From the NCBI GenBank assembly GCA_963726455.1, contig CAVSCK010000005.1, positions 64,973-128,972 of the forward strand: a stretch of DNA of 64,000 nt, given 5' to 3'. This document shows positions 43,817-53,810 of this stretch, piece by piece (positions within the stretch are counted from its first letter, which is position 1; each line of letters starts with the position of its first letter). Position numbers and translations under genes: made by a program. The stretch is from an uncultured bacterium. Its GTDB lineage: Bacteria > Zixibacteria > MSB-5A5 > CAIYYT01. A model generated the notes under the pieces. It did no database searches. It saw only the letters and a list, made by a program, of their open reading frames with translations, and had not been told where the DNA came from.

Positions 43817-44251
43817 TCATTTCGCCGTCTGCAACCGGCAGTAGGCAAAGAGCGCGTCGTATACAATCGATTCCTCCGCCAGCACTTCATGGTCGTCATT
43901 TAGTCCCAGATGCCGGAAACCCTCAGCTATCGCACCCAGTCCGGCGGCCTCGGCACGGCCATAGAGATCATTTTCGCAATCGGCGCCATGAACTATCTGT
44001 GCCAGCAATTTGATCGCCGGATCTTCTATCCCGTATTTGCTCACAATGGCTTCGAAACTGCACTTACCGTCGTGATGTCCCAGCTCGGCGCCGGCAACAT
44101 CAAACGGGATAGCGTGCTCTCGCGCCGCTGTTTCCTGAACCATGTCTTTCGGCACGAATAGAAATTCTGCATGCGGATCGACGAATTTCCTGATCAACCA
44201 CGGGCATGCCACACGGTCAACCTTTACGTGTTCACGGGTCACCCATTTCAT
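43817..44251 (-). CDS. small cytoplasmic protein, possibly chromate-resistance (ChrB-domain) family
   Basis: N-terminus MKWVTREHVKVDRVACPWLIRKFVDP resembles the Chrome_Resist family; recalled from memory, low certainty. Confidence 0.35.
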   Translation of the reverse strand: MKWVTREHVKVDRVACPWLIRKFVDPHAEFLFVPKDMVQETAAREHAIPFDVAGAELGHHDGKCSFEAIVSKYGIEDPAIKLLAQIVHGADCENDLYGRAEAAGLGAIAEGFRHLGLNDDHEVLAEESIVYDALFAYCRLQTAK

Positions 44252-44294
44252 ACAACACCTCCGACCAATGACGGTCGCCTATTTGATGATGCTA

Positions 44295-45503
44295 TTACGA
44301 AGCGACTTCTTTGCCGCGTAACGCAAACCAGATCGTGCCTATGATTCCGAAGGCAAATGCGGTCAGCAAGTTTGTTTTCGGGCTGATCATCCAGAGTGCC
44401 GCCCCACCGAATGCCGCCAGCGCCACAATCGTATCGCGAATCAGATAATATAGCCCGAACATCCCGGCCTCGCGTCCGGCCGGGGCCAGATCCATAATCA
44501 TCGCCTTGCGCGTCGGTTCGCCAAATTCCTTGAGGCCGCGCAATATGAACGCGATTACCAATGGCCAGAACGAATGGCAGAAGAGCAGCACCAACGGGAA
44601 CAGCGTAAAGTTCACGAAGGTAATGACGACAAAGGGCTTCTTCTGAGTCTTGTCCGCAAAGTAGGCAACCGGAATGTAGACGAGCACCGCGGTGACCATT
44701 TCCACAGTGGTGAGAATTCCAAATTGCACGCCGTCAACCGGAGCTGCAATTACCTTCATGCACCACACAACCACAAAGGCATAAGGAATCTGCTCGCAAA
44801 AACGAATTAGAATATCGGACACCAGCAGGTTTCGCAGCGGCTGGCTCATTTCCTTGAACAACTTCAAAGGATTGGCAATTGCCTTCTTCTGACTTTCGAC
44901 AACATGCTGCCGATCGTCATCGATCATGAACTGTTGAACGATCGCGGCAATTATCGCCATCGCCAGCGCCGTCAGAAACGCCAACCGCACGCCGGTGCGC
45001 ACACCCCACTGATCGATGAAGAACCCACCGCACAACGGCCCCAGCGCCATTGGAATTCGCCGAATGAGGGAGTGCATCGTCACTCCCATCGTGCGTTTGG
45101 CTTTCGGCAAGACTCGCGCTACGAGACCCATGGTGGCTGGCAGTGATATCGCCGACCAGGTCAGAAAGAAAAATGCGCCGGCGATTACTGCCCATACCGT
45201 GGGAACCAGTATCACCAGCACGTAGCCGGCCATTGCCAGAAGATTGAAGGCCAGCAGCGACCGTTTGACGCCAAACCGATCCGAGAGATAGCCCCCGCCG
45301 AAAGAATAGACAGCTCCAACCTGGTTCTGCAACCAGCCAAGCAGTCCGATGGCAAGATCGCCTCCACCCAGGGCCAGCAAATAGATGGGCAGAAATCGTT
45401 CTGCCATCCGCTCGCCCATCCCGACGAGAATCACCATACCCATTAAGGCGACGATACTTCGCCTTAACCCAAAGAACTCGATGAACCGCCGGAAGAAGGT
45501 CAT
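44295..45503 (-). CDS. MFS transporter
   Basis: 402 aa, about 12 TM helices, MFS-type loop motif between TM2 and TM3. Confidence 0.85.
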   Translation of the reverse strand: MTFFRRFIEFFGLRRSIVALMGMVILVGMGERMAERFLPIYLLALGGGDLAIGLLGWLQNQVGAVYSFGGGYLSDRFGVKRSLLAFNLLAMAGYVLVILVPTVWAVIAGAFFFLTWSAISLPATMGLVARVLPKAKRTMGVTMHSLIRRIPMALGPLCGGFFIDQWGVRTGVRLAFLTALAMAIIAAIVQQFMIDDDRQHVVESQKKAIANPLKLFKEMSQPLRNLLVSDILIRFCEQIPYAFVVVWCMKVIAAPVDGVQFGILTTVEMVTAVLVYIPVAYFADKTQKKPFVVITFVNFTLFPLVLLFCHSFWPLVIAFILRGLKEFGEPTRKAMIMDLAPAGREAGMFGLYYLIRDTIVALAAFGGAALWMISPKTNLLTAFAFGIIGTIWFALRGKEVAS

Positions 45504-45620
45504 GTCTCTGCTATCCCGATTCGTACGAGAACGTACCAGTAACGTCTCTCTTCAACGCGAGAGGCAACCAACTTACCGAATTGGGGAATACTGCACAAGG
45601 AATTGGTCGGGAGAATATAC

Positions 45621-45653
45621 ATACAAAGAGAAAGGGCACGCATAGCGTGCCCT
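45621..45653 (-). terminator. rho-independent terminator downstream of rpmG
   Basis: GGGCACGC / GCGTGCCC stem; on the minus strand followed by TTTCTCTTTGTAT. Confidence 0.6.
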
Positions 45654-45708
45654 GCAATAGCTCTTCCAAGGCCGTTCGGCAGCCACGCCGGTCAAGCCCA
45701 TGGCCGCC

Positions 45709-45894
45709 TTAGCGGACTTCTTTATGAATTGTATGCCGGCGCAGATAAGGATTGTACTTCTTGATCTCCATTCTGTCCGGGGTATTGCGCTTGTTCTTGG
45801 TCGTCGTGTACCGTGAAGCTGTCTTGCCCTCTTTGGCCGCCTCAGTACACTCGATGGTGATCATCCCACGCGCATCCGTTTTCTTCTTAGCCAT
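45709..45894 (-). CDS. rpmG: 50S ribosomal protein L33
   Basis: 61 aa with the L33 core [21 protein letters not shown]; lacks the paired Cys of zinc-ribbon L33 forms. Confidence 0.9.
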   Translation of the reverse strand: MAKKKTDARGMITIECTEAAKEGKTASRYTTTKNKRNTPDRMEIKKYNPYLRRHTIHKEVR

Positions 45895-46026
45895 TATCTA
45901 TCTCCTCAATCTCACATTCTATCTGTGTCAACCTGACGGATGGCATCCCACCGCAGGAAGCATATCAATATATATCGAAAGCTCCGGAGCGCAAGTCATT
46001 TCCATAACAAACTAATTAATAACAGG

Positions 46027-47856
46027 TTACACCGGCGGGCAGGCAGCGCATGGCACCGGTCCCCCGCCAAATATGTATTGAATAAGGTACACCGCGTCCG
46101 CGATGTCGATCGACTTGTCACAGTTGGGATCCCCGGCTGTGGCTGTGACCGGCGCCGGTCCCCCCGCAAAAATGTAATTTATGAGGTAGACCACGTCGGC
46201 GATATCGACTCCACCGTCACCGTTGGCGTCGCCGCAAGTGAATTCAACCAGAGTAGTCCCCCACCAAGTGCCCCAGCGCGTGTCAGCAGGGTTCGGTCCA
46301 ACCGGTGTCGCCGCATATTCCTGAATCGTCCAGAAGCTGGTGCTATCCTTGGGGTCTACGACTGTGGCACTAAAATCCCCCCAGCGAACCTCAGTTCCGC
46401 CGAAGGTCTTGGTATAGATGCCCTCGCCGGCCTTGATCGTTGCCACGGTGCTCGTCGTCCCGATTGGATCGGTTGACCTGCGGCCGGTGTAAGCCGCTTC
46501 GACAAAGATGTTGGGATTCGAATGCGAGAACCCGAGAAAGACATCATTCCCGGAATTGACTGCAATACTGGGAAAGAACAGAAAGTCATTCGTGCCCATA
46601 TCAACCACGCCCGATTGCACAATCGGATTCGGTAGCGTCGCCGGATCGAGTTCATACCAGAAGACGGAAACGTGGTTGGGAGAATTCACCGGCAGGCCTG
46701 CACTGTGCGTGCACCAAATCCTGCCGTTACGGAAGACGGCATTGAGCATACGCGAATCGTTGGTTGACACCAGTGTGGCTGTGCCCTGTTGCTTGGCGTC
46801 TGGCTGATTATTCGAGAAATTATGTGCTACCGAGAATAACCCCGAGCCGCCAATCGTCGAACCAGGCACAGCGGCCCAAACCGGCGCCGGTCCCGTACCG
46901 GTGATTTGTGTCAATCTGAGGAGAGCTACTCCTCCCGAGGTGAATCCGGCATTATCGACCAGATATAGTGTCGGCTCATTACCGAATGTCTGACAGACGC
47001 GAAGCGCGAAACCTGAACCGACATTGCCGAAATTGTCTGATCCCACCGGAAAACTCGTGAAGGTCAACGGTCCCCCGGCAAGCGCCGTCGATTTTTCAAT
47101 TACCCACATCGACGTTCCGGAGAAAGTATTCCCCGTCACTTTGAACATGTTGGCCGTAATGGCAATCCAGGTTCCATTATACCCGATGTCCGGATAATCA
47201 GCCCAGCTAATGTGCGAGGTGTCCGCAGGTATGCGGTAGAATTTCCAGGTCCCCATCGGATTGGCGCTGTCGCTGACCGCCATCACCACAGCGGAATTCA
47301 CGGTTTGGAAGTCCGCGATGGACGACGCATACCAACGGTTGACGCTCGGGTCGTACAGAACGTGGGGATCACTAACATTGGTCGAACCCGTTGGCGACCA
47401 GAATGTCGGATAGGAGATTGTACTCAGGATATTCCCAAACTTGTCCTGCACCCTGATTTGTGAATTCAGCATCGTCATCACCCGGTTCAGACTTACGGCG
47501 CCGTGCGAATCCGGAGGGATCACGTGAAGGTTATCGGGCAAGGCCTGGAAATTTCTGACTACCGGCGGCACCTGCATCGGCGAAAGAAATTGCTCTGTCC
47601 CCAGACTCCCTGCACTACCCAACTTACCCAGTGGCCCACCAACCTCTCTCGGCGCCGGCATCAGCAATAGCGGTTTTACTTCCTGCACCTCCGCGGTCTT
47701 TGCCAGCGGTGCCCTCGCCTCCATGTTCTCCAAGTCCTGCCAGCTCACCTGAGCTACCGGATCAATCTGCATTTGTTGTCCGGAGACGCCAAAACTTGCC
47801 GCAGTCAGCAACAGTATTAGAACGAGCGTCGCCCGCGACGTTTGCCATATCGACAT
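46027..47856 (-). CDS. secreted protein of unknown function (paralog of 48164-50620) with C-terminal dockerin-like tandem module
   Basis: ATG 47856 with AAGGAG upstream; signal peptide; ~500-aa N-terminal domain shared with the next gene (...RWGDFSATVVDP...WGTWWGTT); C-terminus CGDANGDGGVDIADVVYLINYIFAGG...[32 protein letters not shown]. Confidence 0.6.
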   Translation of the reverse strand: MSIWQTSRATLVLILLLTAASFGVSGQQMQIDPVAQVSWQDLENMEARAPLAKTAEVQEVKPLLLMPAPREVGGPLGKLGSAGSLGTEQFLSPMQVPPVVRNFQALPDNLHVIPPDSHGAVSLNRVMTMLNSQIRVQDKFGNILSTISYPTFWSPTGSTNVSDPHVLYDPSVNRWYASSIADFQTVNSAVVMAVSDSANPMGTWKFYRIPADTSHISWADYPDIGYNGTWIAITANMFKVTGNTFSGTSMWVIEKSTALAGGPLTFTSFPVGSDNFGNVGSGFALRVCQTFGNEPTLYLVDNAGFTSGGVALLRLTQITGTGPAPVWAAVPGSTIGGSGLFSVAHNFSNNQPDAKQQGTATLVSTNDSRMLNAVFRNGRIWCTHSAGLPVNSPNHVSVFWYELDPATLPNPIVQSGVVDMGTNDFLFFPSIAVNSGNDVFLGFSHSNPNIFVEAAYTGRRSTDPIGTTSTVATIKAGEGIYTKTFGGTEVRWGDFSATVVDPKDSTSFWTIQEYAATPVGPNPADTRWGTWWGTTLVEFTCGDANGDGGVDIADVVYLINYIFAGGPAPVTATAGDPNCDKSIDIADAVYLIQYIFGGGPVPCAACPPV

Positions 47857-48086
47857 AAGCTTGTCTCCTTTCATCCCTTTGGACACTTCTCTTGTTATAA
47901 AGAAACCGATTCGCTCCCTCACAGTTCCCTGTGATCGGTTGTCATGAGTCTTTCTGGCTCTACGATTAAGGTACGCGGCACCCTGCCCCATTTGTGGCGT
48001 CTAATTGACCTCCATAAACACAAGTTCCTGGCGGAGTAAGCGGGCTGATTTCTGGGGGCAAGAGGCGATTCTTAAGGGTCTGCGCT

Positions 48087-48123
48087 CAAAAAGAATGCCG
48101 TCCGGAGAGACTCTCCGGACGGC
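48087..48123 (-). terminator. rho-independent terminator downstream of the 48164-50620 gene
   Basis: 13-bp palindromic stem GCCGTCCGGAGAG / CTCTCCGGACGGC; on the minus strand followed by ATTCTTTTTGA. Confidence 0.8.
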
Positions 48124-48163
48124 ATTACAGTCAATGCAGATGTAGGTTATCTAGTATCGTACC

Positions 48164-49020
48164 TCAACAGCCGGCACACGGAGCCGGACCGCCGGAGAAG
48201 ATGTACGCGATCAAGTAGACGGCGTCCGAGATGTCAATTGAATGATCACAGTTGGCATCTCCCGCCTCCACCGGATTTGGTGCCGGACCGCCAGAGAAAA
48301 TGTAGGCGATCAAATAGACAGCATCCGAAATGTCAACGCTGCCACTGCGATCGGCATCACCGCAAACGTAAGGCGGATCGACGACTCTAAGGTTGACCGC
48401 TACTGTGTCTGTCAACGCCGGAGCGCTGCCGTCCTGCAAAGCGATCGAGAAATAGAAGGTAGATTTATAGGTTGGAGTACCTGTGATCGTCCCGACCAGG
48501 CCATCATTAAACGTGAGGCCGTACGGCAAGTCTCCACCGACGAATGACCAGGTGTAGGGTGGAATGCCGCCCGAGTGCAGGAACTGGAATTCGTATGGCT
48601 TGTGATAATAGGCATCGGGCAGAGCTGGGTTCACATGCAGCAGTGGCTCGATGTGCAGGAATCCGTCGCATGCGTCGCCGACGCCGTCCGTATCCGAATC
48701 CCATTGATCATTGTTGCTCACCAGAGGACAATTGTCGCAGGCATCACCAAACAAGTCACCATCAGCGTTCACTTGCGACAAATTGGGCGTATATGGGCAA
48801 TTGTCGACTGCATTCAGAATGCCATCATTATCAATATCGGGATCGCAAACATCACCCAGACCGTCACCGTCAGTATCCTTTTGATTCGCGTTGGCCACTG
48901 TCGGACAGTTGTCGCAGACATCACCGATGCCGTCGTGGTCGGTGTCAAGCTGATTGGCATTTGCCGTCATCGGGCAGTTGTCCACGGTGTCTGCAACTCC
49001 GTCTCGATCCATATCTACCA
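48164..49020. repeat. copy A of a ~850-bp near-identical 3' coding module (TSP3 + Ig-like + dockerin-like)
   Basis: Long runs nearly identical to 51059-51920 when aligned by eye; encoded peptides differ only at scattered positions. Confidence 0.8.
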
Positions 49021-50620
49021 TAGTCGTTCCCCACCACGTGCCCCAACGGCTGTCATCGACGCCCGGACCGACTTTCATCCCCGCATATTCCTGAATGGTC
49101 CAGAAGCTCAGACTATCCATCGGATCTACCACGGTAGCGCTGTAGTCTCCCCAGCGCACGCGTGTGCCACCGAAATTCTTGGTGTAGGTCGACTCACCTA
49201 ATTTGAGCACCTTAATCGGCGCCATGGTGCCCAGCGGGTCGGATGCCTGGCGGCTGGTGTATGCCGCCTGCGCGTAGATCGTCGGATTGGAACGCGAAAA
49301 CCCAATCATCGCATCATCATTGGCATTGGCATTTATGCTCGGGTAGAACAGATATGTATTCGCGCCCTCATCCAGTACGCCCGATTGCACGATCGGATTC
49401 GGCATTGCCGTCGGGTCGAGTTGATACCAGAATACGGCATCGCGATTGGCTGAAGATACCGGCAAACCTGCGGCATGCGTGCACCAAATCTTGCCGTTGC
49501 GGAAGACTGCATTAATGATTCGCGAATCATTGGTTGTGATCTTGGTCGTGGTACCAAGCTGGGACGCATTGAGCATTGAGCCGTTGAAATTATTGGCAAC
49601 CGCGAACAGCCCGGATTCGGCAATAGTGGATCCCGCTGTCGCGTTCCAGACCGGCGCCGGTCCGGTGCCGGTTATCTCAGTTATGCGCAGTTGATGGATA
49701 CTGGAGATCGTGATATTGTTATTGTCAACCACATACAACTTCGGCTCTGAACCGTAGGTCTGACATACGCGCAGAGTCCAACCGTTGAATCCACCGAAGA
49801 TTCCTGATCCCACCGGAAAATAAGTGACTGTCAGTGGGCCGCCCGAAAGCGCTGTGGATTTGTCGACCACCCACATCGCTGGTCCCGCCTGAGATCCGCC
49901 GGCAACCGGAAACATATTTGCAGTCAGCGCGATCCAGGTGTCGTTATAGCCAATGTCCGGATAGTCCGCCCAGTTGATGTTGCTCATGTCTGCCTTGATC
50001 GTGAAGTACTTCCAGACGCCCATTGGATTACCATTGTCCGTCACCGCCAACAGCACTTCTGAACTCGCCGACTCGTAATTGGCGATGGAGGTGGCGTAAA
50101 ACCGCCCTGTGCCCGGATCGAACAGTACGCGCGGATCGCTTAGCGTTGAGGCCCCGACCGGCGCCCAGAATGCTCCGTACGAAATCGTCGAGAGAACCGT
50201 GCCCATGCGATTTTGCACCCGCACTTCGGAATTCAGGAATGTCATGATGTATGAAACACCGACGCCGCCGTCGGTATCGGGAGGAATAACAGCGCCGTTA
50301 TCCGGAATCGCCTGGAAACTTCTCACCACCGTGGGCGCTTGCACATTCTGGCTTACACCTGCGACACTAAGCGCATCCAGAATGTTGTTTTGACCGGTCG
50401 GTTTTGCTATCTCTGTTTCTGCAGGCATCAGCATCAGCGGCGGCACTCTGTGAACCTGCTTTTGCGCCGGCGTCATATTCTGGTCTATGGCCATCAGGTC
50501 ATTCCAGCTCACCGATGCAGCAGGTGACAGAGTCACTCTCTGACCGGTCACAGCCAATAGTGATGTGATTGAGGTCAACGAAAGAAACAGAAATACAACG
50601 AACATTCGCTTTGCACTCAT
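48164..50620 (-). CDS. secreted protein: unknown N-terminal domain (paralog of 46027-47856), thrombospondin type-3-like repeats, Ig-like domain, dockerin-like tandem module
   Basis: Signal peptide [23 protein letters not shown]; TSP3-like DxDxDGxGDxCDNCP units; Ig-like region [21 protein letters not shown]; C-terminus ...[32 protein letters not shown]. Confidence 0.65.
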   Translation of the reverse strand: MSAKRMFVVFLFLSLTSITSLLAVTGQRVTLSPAASVSWNDLMAIDQNMTPAQKQVHRVPPLMLMPAETEIAKPTGQNNILDALSVAGVSQNVQAPTVVRSFQAIPDNGAVIPPDTDGGVGVSYIMTFLNSEVRVQNRMGTVLSTISYGAFWAPVGASTLSDPRVLFDPGTGRFYATSIANYESASSEVLLAVTDNGNPMGVWKYFTIKADMSNINWADYPDIGYNDTWIALTANMFPVAGGSQAGPAMWVVDKSTALSGGPLTVTYFPVGSGIFGGFNGWTLRVCQTYGSEPKLYVVDNNNITISSIHQLRITEITGTGPAPVWNATAGSTIAESGLFAVANNFNGSMLNASQLGTTTKITTNDSRIINAVFRNGKIWCTHAAGLPVSSANRDAVFWYQLDPTAMPNPIVQSGVLDEGANTYLFYPSINANANDDAMIGFSRSNPTIYAQAAYTSRQASDPLGTMAPIKVLKLGESTYTKNFGGTRVRWGDYSATVVDPMDSLSFWTIQEYAGMKVGPGVDDSRWGTWWGTTMVDMDRDGVADTVDNCPMTANANQLDTDHDGIGDVCDNCPTVANANQKDTDGDGLGDVCDPDIDNDGILNAVDNCPYTPNLSQVNADGDLFGDACDNCPLVSNNDQWDSDTDGVGDACDGFLHIEPLLHVNPALPDAYYHKPYEFQFLHSGGIPPYTWSFVGGDLPYGLTFNDGLVGTITGTPTYKSTFYFSIALQDGSAPALTDTVAVNLRVVDPPYVCGDADRSGSVDISDAVYLIAYIFSGGPAPNPVEAGDANCDHSIDISDAVYLIAYIFSGGPAPCAGC

Positions 50621-50689
50621 GGCAAAGACTCCTTTCCTGGCACTAGCACCCTAGTTCCGTAATTGCAGTAGATTTCCTTCCGGTCCGTT

Positions 50690-50850
50690 GGCTGCCGGAA
50701 TGGTTTGCGGGCAGACATTGGCGCACGGTAATACTACGCTTGCCAATCAATTATGAAGAACGACATCGTAGGCCTATTCTTGTAAGTAACTAGCACTTAA
50801 GATATACATTTTGTCTTGTTTGTCAAGCCGGATGTCAGCGAAGTGCAGGA
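50690..50850 (-). promoter_or_regulatory. conserved upstream element, copy 1 (shared with 53545-53705)
   Basis: About 150 nt of non-coding sequence upstream of the 50620 start is largely conserved with the region upstream of the 53452 start; contains TTGACA on the sense strand and an inverted repeat ATTGGC-N19-GCCAAT (50716-50746). Confidence 0.5.
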
Positions 50851-50971
50851 CTTGGGAAGCCCTGTGCAAAGCCGCTAAACCCGCAGCGATGGCGCGGAAT
50901 ACTTGTGCGGCATGCCTTCCCCCCGGTGCGCGGAAGACATAGTTACGAGGTGTATGCGATCGAACACCACA

Positions 50972-51005
50972 CTAAAAAAGCACCGTCAGGAACTCTTCCT
51001 GACGG
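50972..51005 (-). terminator. rho-independent terminator downstream of the 51059-53452 gene
   Basis: CCGTCAGGAA / TTCCTGACGG stem; on the minus strand followed by a T-run. Confidence 0.7.
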
Positions 51006-51058
51006 CACAAATTGCGAAAGCCGCGCACAAGCGTGCGCCGCATGCTGGCTCTATCTTA

Positions 51059-51920
51059 TCAGCACCCCGCACATGGCGCCGCGCCACCACTGAAGATGTA
51101 TTGGATCAAGTACACCGCATCCGAGATGTCGGCTGTATGATCGCAGTTGGCGTCTCCCGCCTCTGCCGGGTTGGGCGCCGGACCACCGGCGAAGATGTAA
51201 GCTATCAAATAGACAGCGTCCGAGATGTCGACGCTGCCGCTGTGGTCGGCATCCCCGCAAACGTAAGGCGGATCGACGACTGAAAGAGTGAGTGAGACCG
51301 TGTCTGTCAACGCCGGGACGCTGCCGTCCTGCAGAGCAATCGAGAAATAGAAAGTAGATTTATAGGTCGGTGTACCGGTGATCGTACCGGTCAAACCATC
51401 ATTAAACGTGAGGCCGTATGGCAAATCCCCGCCTACAAAAGTCCAGTTATATGGGGGCGTGCCGCCGGCGTGCAGAAACTGGTAGGTATATGGCTTGTGG
51501 TAGTAGGCATTGGATAATATAGGATGCAGGTTCAGTTCGGGCTCGATGTGTACTGAGTCGTCGCACCAGTCGCCGAGTCCGTCCGCATTTGAGTCCCACT
51601 GATCGTTGTTCGCCAAAAGCGGGCAATTATCGCAGGCGTCGCCGAGGCTATCGGCATCGCTGTTCTCCTGACCCGGATTGACGGCGTACTTGCAATTGTC
51701 GGCGGCGTTAGGCAATCCGTCGTTGTCAATATCGGGATCGCATGCATCGCCCAGGCCGTCGCCGTCGACGTCGTTCTGAGTCGCATTGACCACAGTCGGG
51801 CAGTTGTCACAGGCATCGCCGATACCGTCATTATCGGTATCGAGCTGGTTGCTGTTGGCCAGACTCGGGCAATTGTCAACCGTATCAATAACCCCGTCGG
51901 CATCGAAATCGCCCACAACG
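51059..51920. repeat. copy B of the ~850-bp near-identical 3' coding module
   Basis: See copy A at 48164-49020. Confidence 0.8.
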
Positions 51921-53452
51921 CCGACCTTCAAATTGGCAATCATTGTTGAGGCGCATGACGACGAGAGGACTTTAACTTCCACCAAAGTTGGCGAACCGGT
52001 GTAGGAATTGCTGTTCGGAGCACTGGCCCCGTTAAATGTCTTGTTAATCCATAGATCGCCGGCTTGCGTGGGCGGATTGTTGTCCGCACACTCGATATCG
52101 ACCCAGCGGTGAGTATCGTTCGAGTTATTGTTCTGGGTGTCATCGATATGCCAGATCGCGATTCCGCATCCGGGAAGGTAGGCATCAAAGCCAACTTGTT
52201 GCCGATTCTCTACGAGAAAGTATTGAGTACTGGGCAATACGCTGCTTCTGAGCTTAAAGCATGACTGATTGGTTTCCGCTTGATCGAGATGAACGCCGTA
52301 GGCATTGACTGACGGCTGAGTCACCGGAAGCCAACCTTTCCGGATCTTACACCAGGCACTCATGTGCGCCGGAGATGCACCGTTCTGGCCCGGACCATTC
52401 CAACTTCCTCCCGCCATCAAACACCAGTTGCCGATTCCATCGCTGCTGTAATCAGTGTCATAAAGATCGGGAAGTCCGATGGCATGCCCGTATTCGTGCG
52501 CGAAGACGCCGATCGTTGAACGTACGCCCGACCAGACCATTTCCGGTTCCATGGTGTAACCACTGACCGTCTTGCCGCTCGCCGAGATGGAGGGGGAAAG
52601 ATGACCGGAATGTGACCAGGGATAATTGGTATAACCAGCTTCGGCGCCCGGCCCGACGTGTACGATAAACAGACCGTCTACGATGCCGTCATTGTTGTTA
52701 TCGAATGGCGCAAAATCGACTCCCGCGTCGCGGGCTGCGGTCACGGCCTCGGCGGCCAATATGGCGGCCCGCCCCATCCCGGAGGCATAGCCATAGTAGT
52801 TTCGATTCTGGCTCGCGGTGTAAAATCCTACGACCGTGCCCGTCACCGTGAAGGCATCGTATGATGTCTCCAGATAGAATTTGTGCAAGGAACCCAAATC
52901 GAAATTCGCGCCGTTGAATAACGAGTCGAAATCGCTTGGCGGGTAAGTATTGCCTTCATCCGGATACTTGATGAGAATCACCAGCACGTTGTTTGTCGTC
53001 GTTCTGGTCGCGCGCTGAGTCAGAGTCGGATCATCCGGGAACGAATAAAAGGACGGATCAGGTCTTCCGACCGTACTGGTGGCTGCCAGACTAAGCGGCA
53101 TCTGGGCCAAAAAACTTCTCTCGGCGCCGGATCGCCTGTCCGCCGCGGTGGCTCTGAAATTCGATGCCTTGAGGTTTCCGTCTGCATCCAGAACGGCATA
53201 GCAATACCAGCCGTCAGTATCCCGGGCGACAGTGTATCCGTCCTCGGTAATCATACGTCCGTTTCTTTCATCACCAATGACCCTAAGAGTGAGCTTTGAT
53301 ACTCCGTCCGGCTGGGTCACTTCAAACGCCCGATCGGGATTTGCCGGGACAGACAGCGCAGGTTGAGCAATCAAGACCACGCAAAAGGCCATCATCGTCA
53401 GCAAGTGCCCGAGCATCGGCCAGGCGTGAGCAATAGCGCTTCTCTGCTTCAT
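51059..53452 (-). CDS. secreted M6-family zinc metalloprotease with TSP3-like repeats, Ig-like domain and dockerin-like tandem module
   Basis: Signal peptide; HExxH site [19 protein letters not shown]; C-terminal ~280 aa almost identical to those of 48164-50620; ends ...[32 protein letters not shown]. Confidence 0.8.
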   Translation of the reverse strand: MKQRSAIAHAWPMLGHLLTMMAFCVVLIAQPALSVPANPDRAFEVTQPDGVSKLTLRVIGDERNGRMITEDGYTVARDTDGWYCYAVLDADGNLKASNFRATAADRRSGAERSFLAQMPLSLAATSTVGRPDPSFYSFPDDPTLTQRATRTTTNNVLVILIKYPDEGNTYPPSDFDSLFNGANFDLGSLHKFYLETSYDAFTVTGTVVGFYTASQNRNYYGYASGMGRAAILAAEAVTAARDAGVDFAPFDNNNDGIVDGLFIVHVGPGAEAGYTNYPWSHSGHLSPSISASGKTVSGYTMEPEMVWSGVRSTIGVFAHEYGHAIGLPDLYDTDYSSDGIGNWCLMAGGSWNGPGQNGASPAHMSAWCKIRKGWLPVTQPSVNAYGVHLDQAETNQSCFKLRSSVLPSTQYFLVENRQQVGFDAYLPGCGIAIWHIDDTQNNNSNDTHRWVDIECADNNPPTQAGDLWINKTFNGASAPNSNSYTGSPTLVEVKVLSSSCASTMIANLKVGVVGDFDADGVIDTVDNCPSLANSNQLDTDNDGIGDACDNCPTVVNATQNDVDGDGLGDACDPDIDNDGLPNAADNCKYAVNPGQENSDADSLGDACDNCPLLANNDQWDSNADGLGDWCDDSVHIEPELNLHPILSNAYYHKPYTYQFLHAGGTPPYNWTFVGGDLPYGLTFNDGLTGTITGTPTYKSTFYFSIALQDGSVPALTDTVSLTLSVVDPPYVCGDADHSGSVDISDAVYLIAYIFAGGPAPNPAEAGDANCDHTADISDAVYLIQYIFSGGAAPCAGC

Positions 53453-53544
53453 CGATTTTTCTCCATTAATATGAAATCATCGTTATTCACCGGGGATAAT
53501 TCTTTCCGAGACATCGAGATGACTGGGTACATCTGCCAAAACAG

Positions 53545-53705
53545 CTCCCGGAATGGCTTGGTCGGACGGACATTGGCGACCAATTATGCTATGCCTGCCA
53601 ATCAATTATGAGGAACGACACAGTAGGTACATTCTCGCAAGTATCTGGTACTTAAGATATACATTTTGCTCCATTTGTCAAGGCAGATGTAAGCGAAACG
53701 CCCGT
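53545..53705 (-). promoter_or_regulatory. conserved upstream element, copy 2
   Basis: Aligns by eye with 50690-50850, including ATTGGC-N19-GCCAAT at 53572-53602 and the TTGACA-containing block. Confidence 0.5.
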
Positions 53706-53810
53706 TTTGCGGTTACAAAGAGAGACCGTCAGACGTGCTCAAGCCACCTGCAACGCGGATAAACCCCGTAGTCATTCACGATCGCGAAAGTGGCGTATGA
53801 ATTTGCCTGC

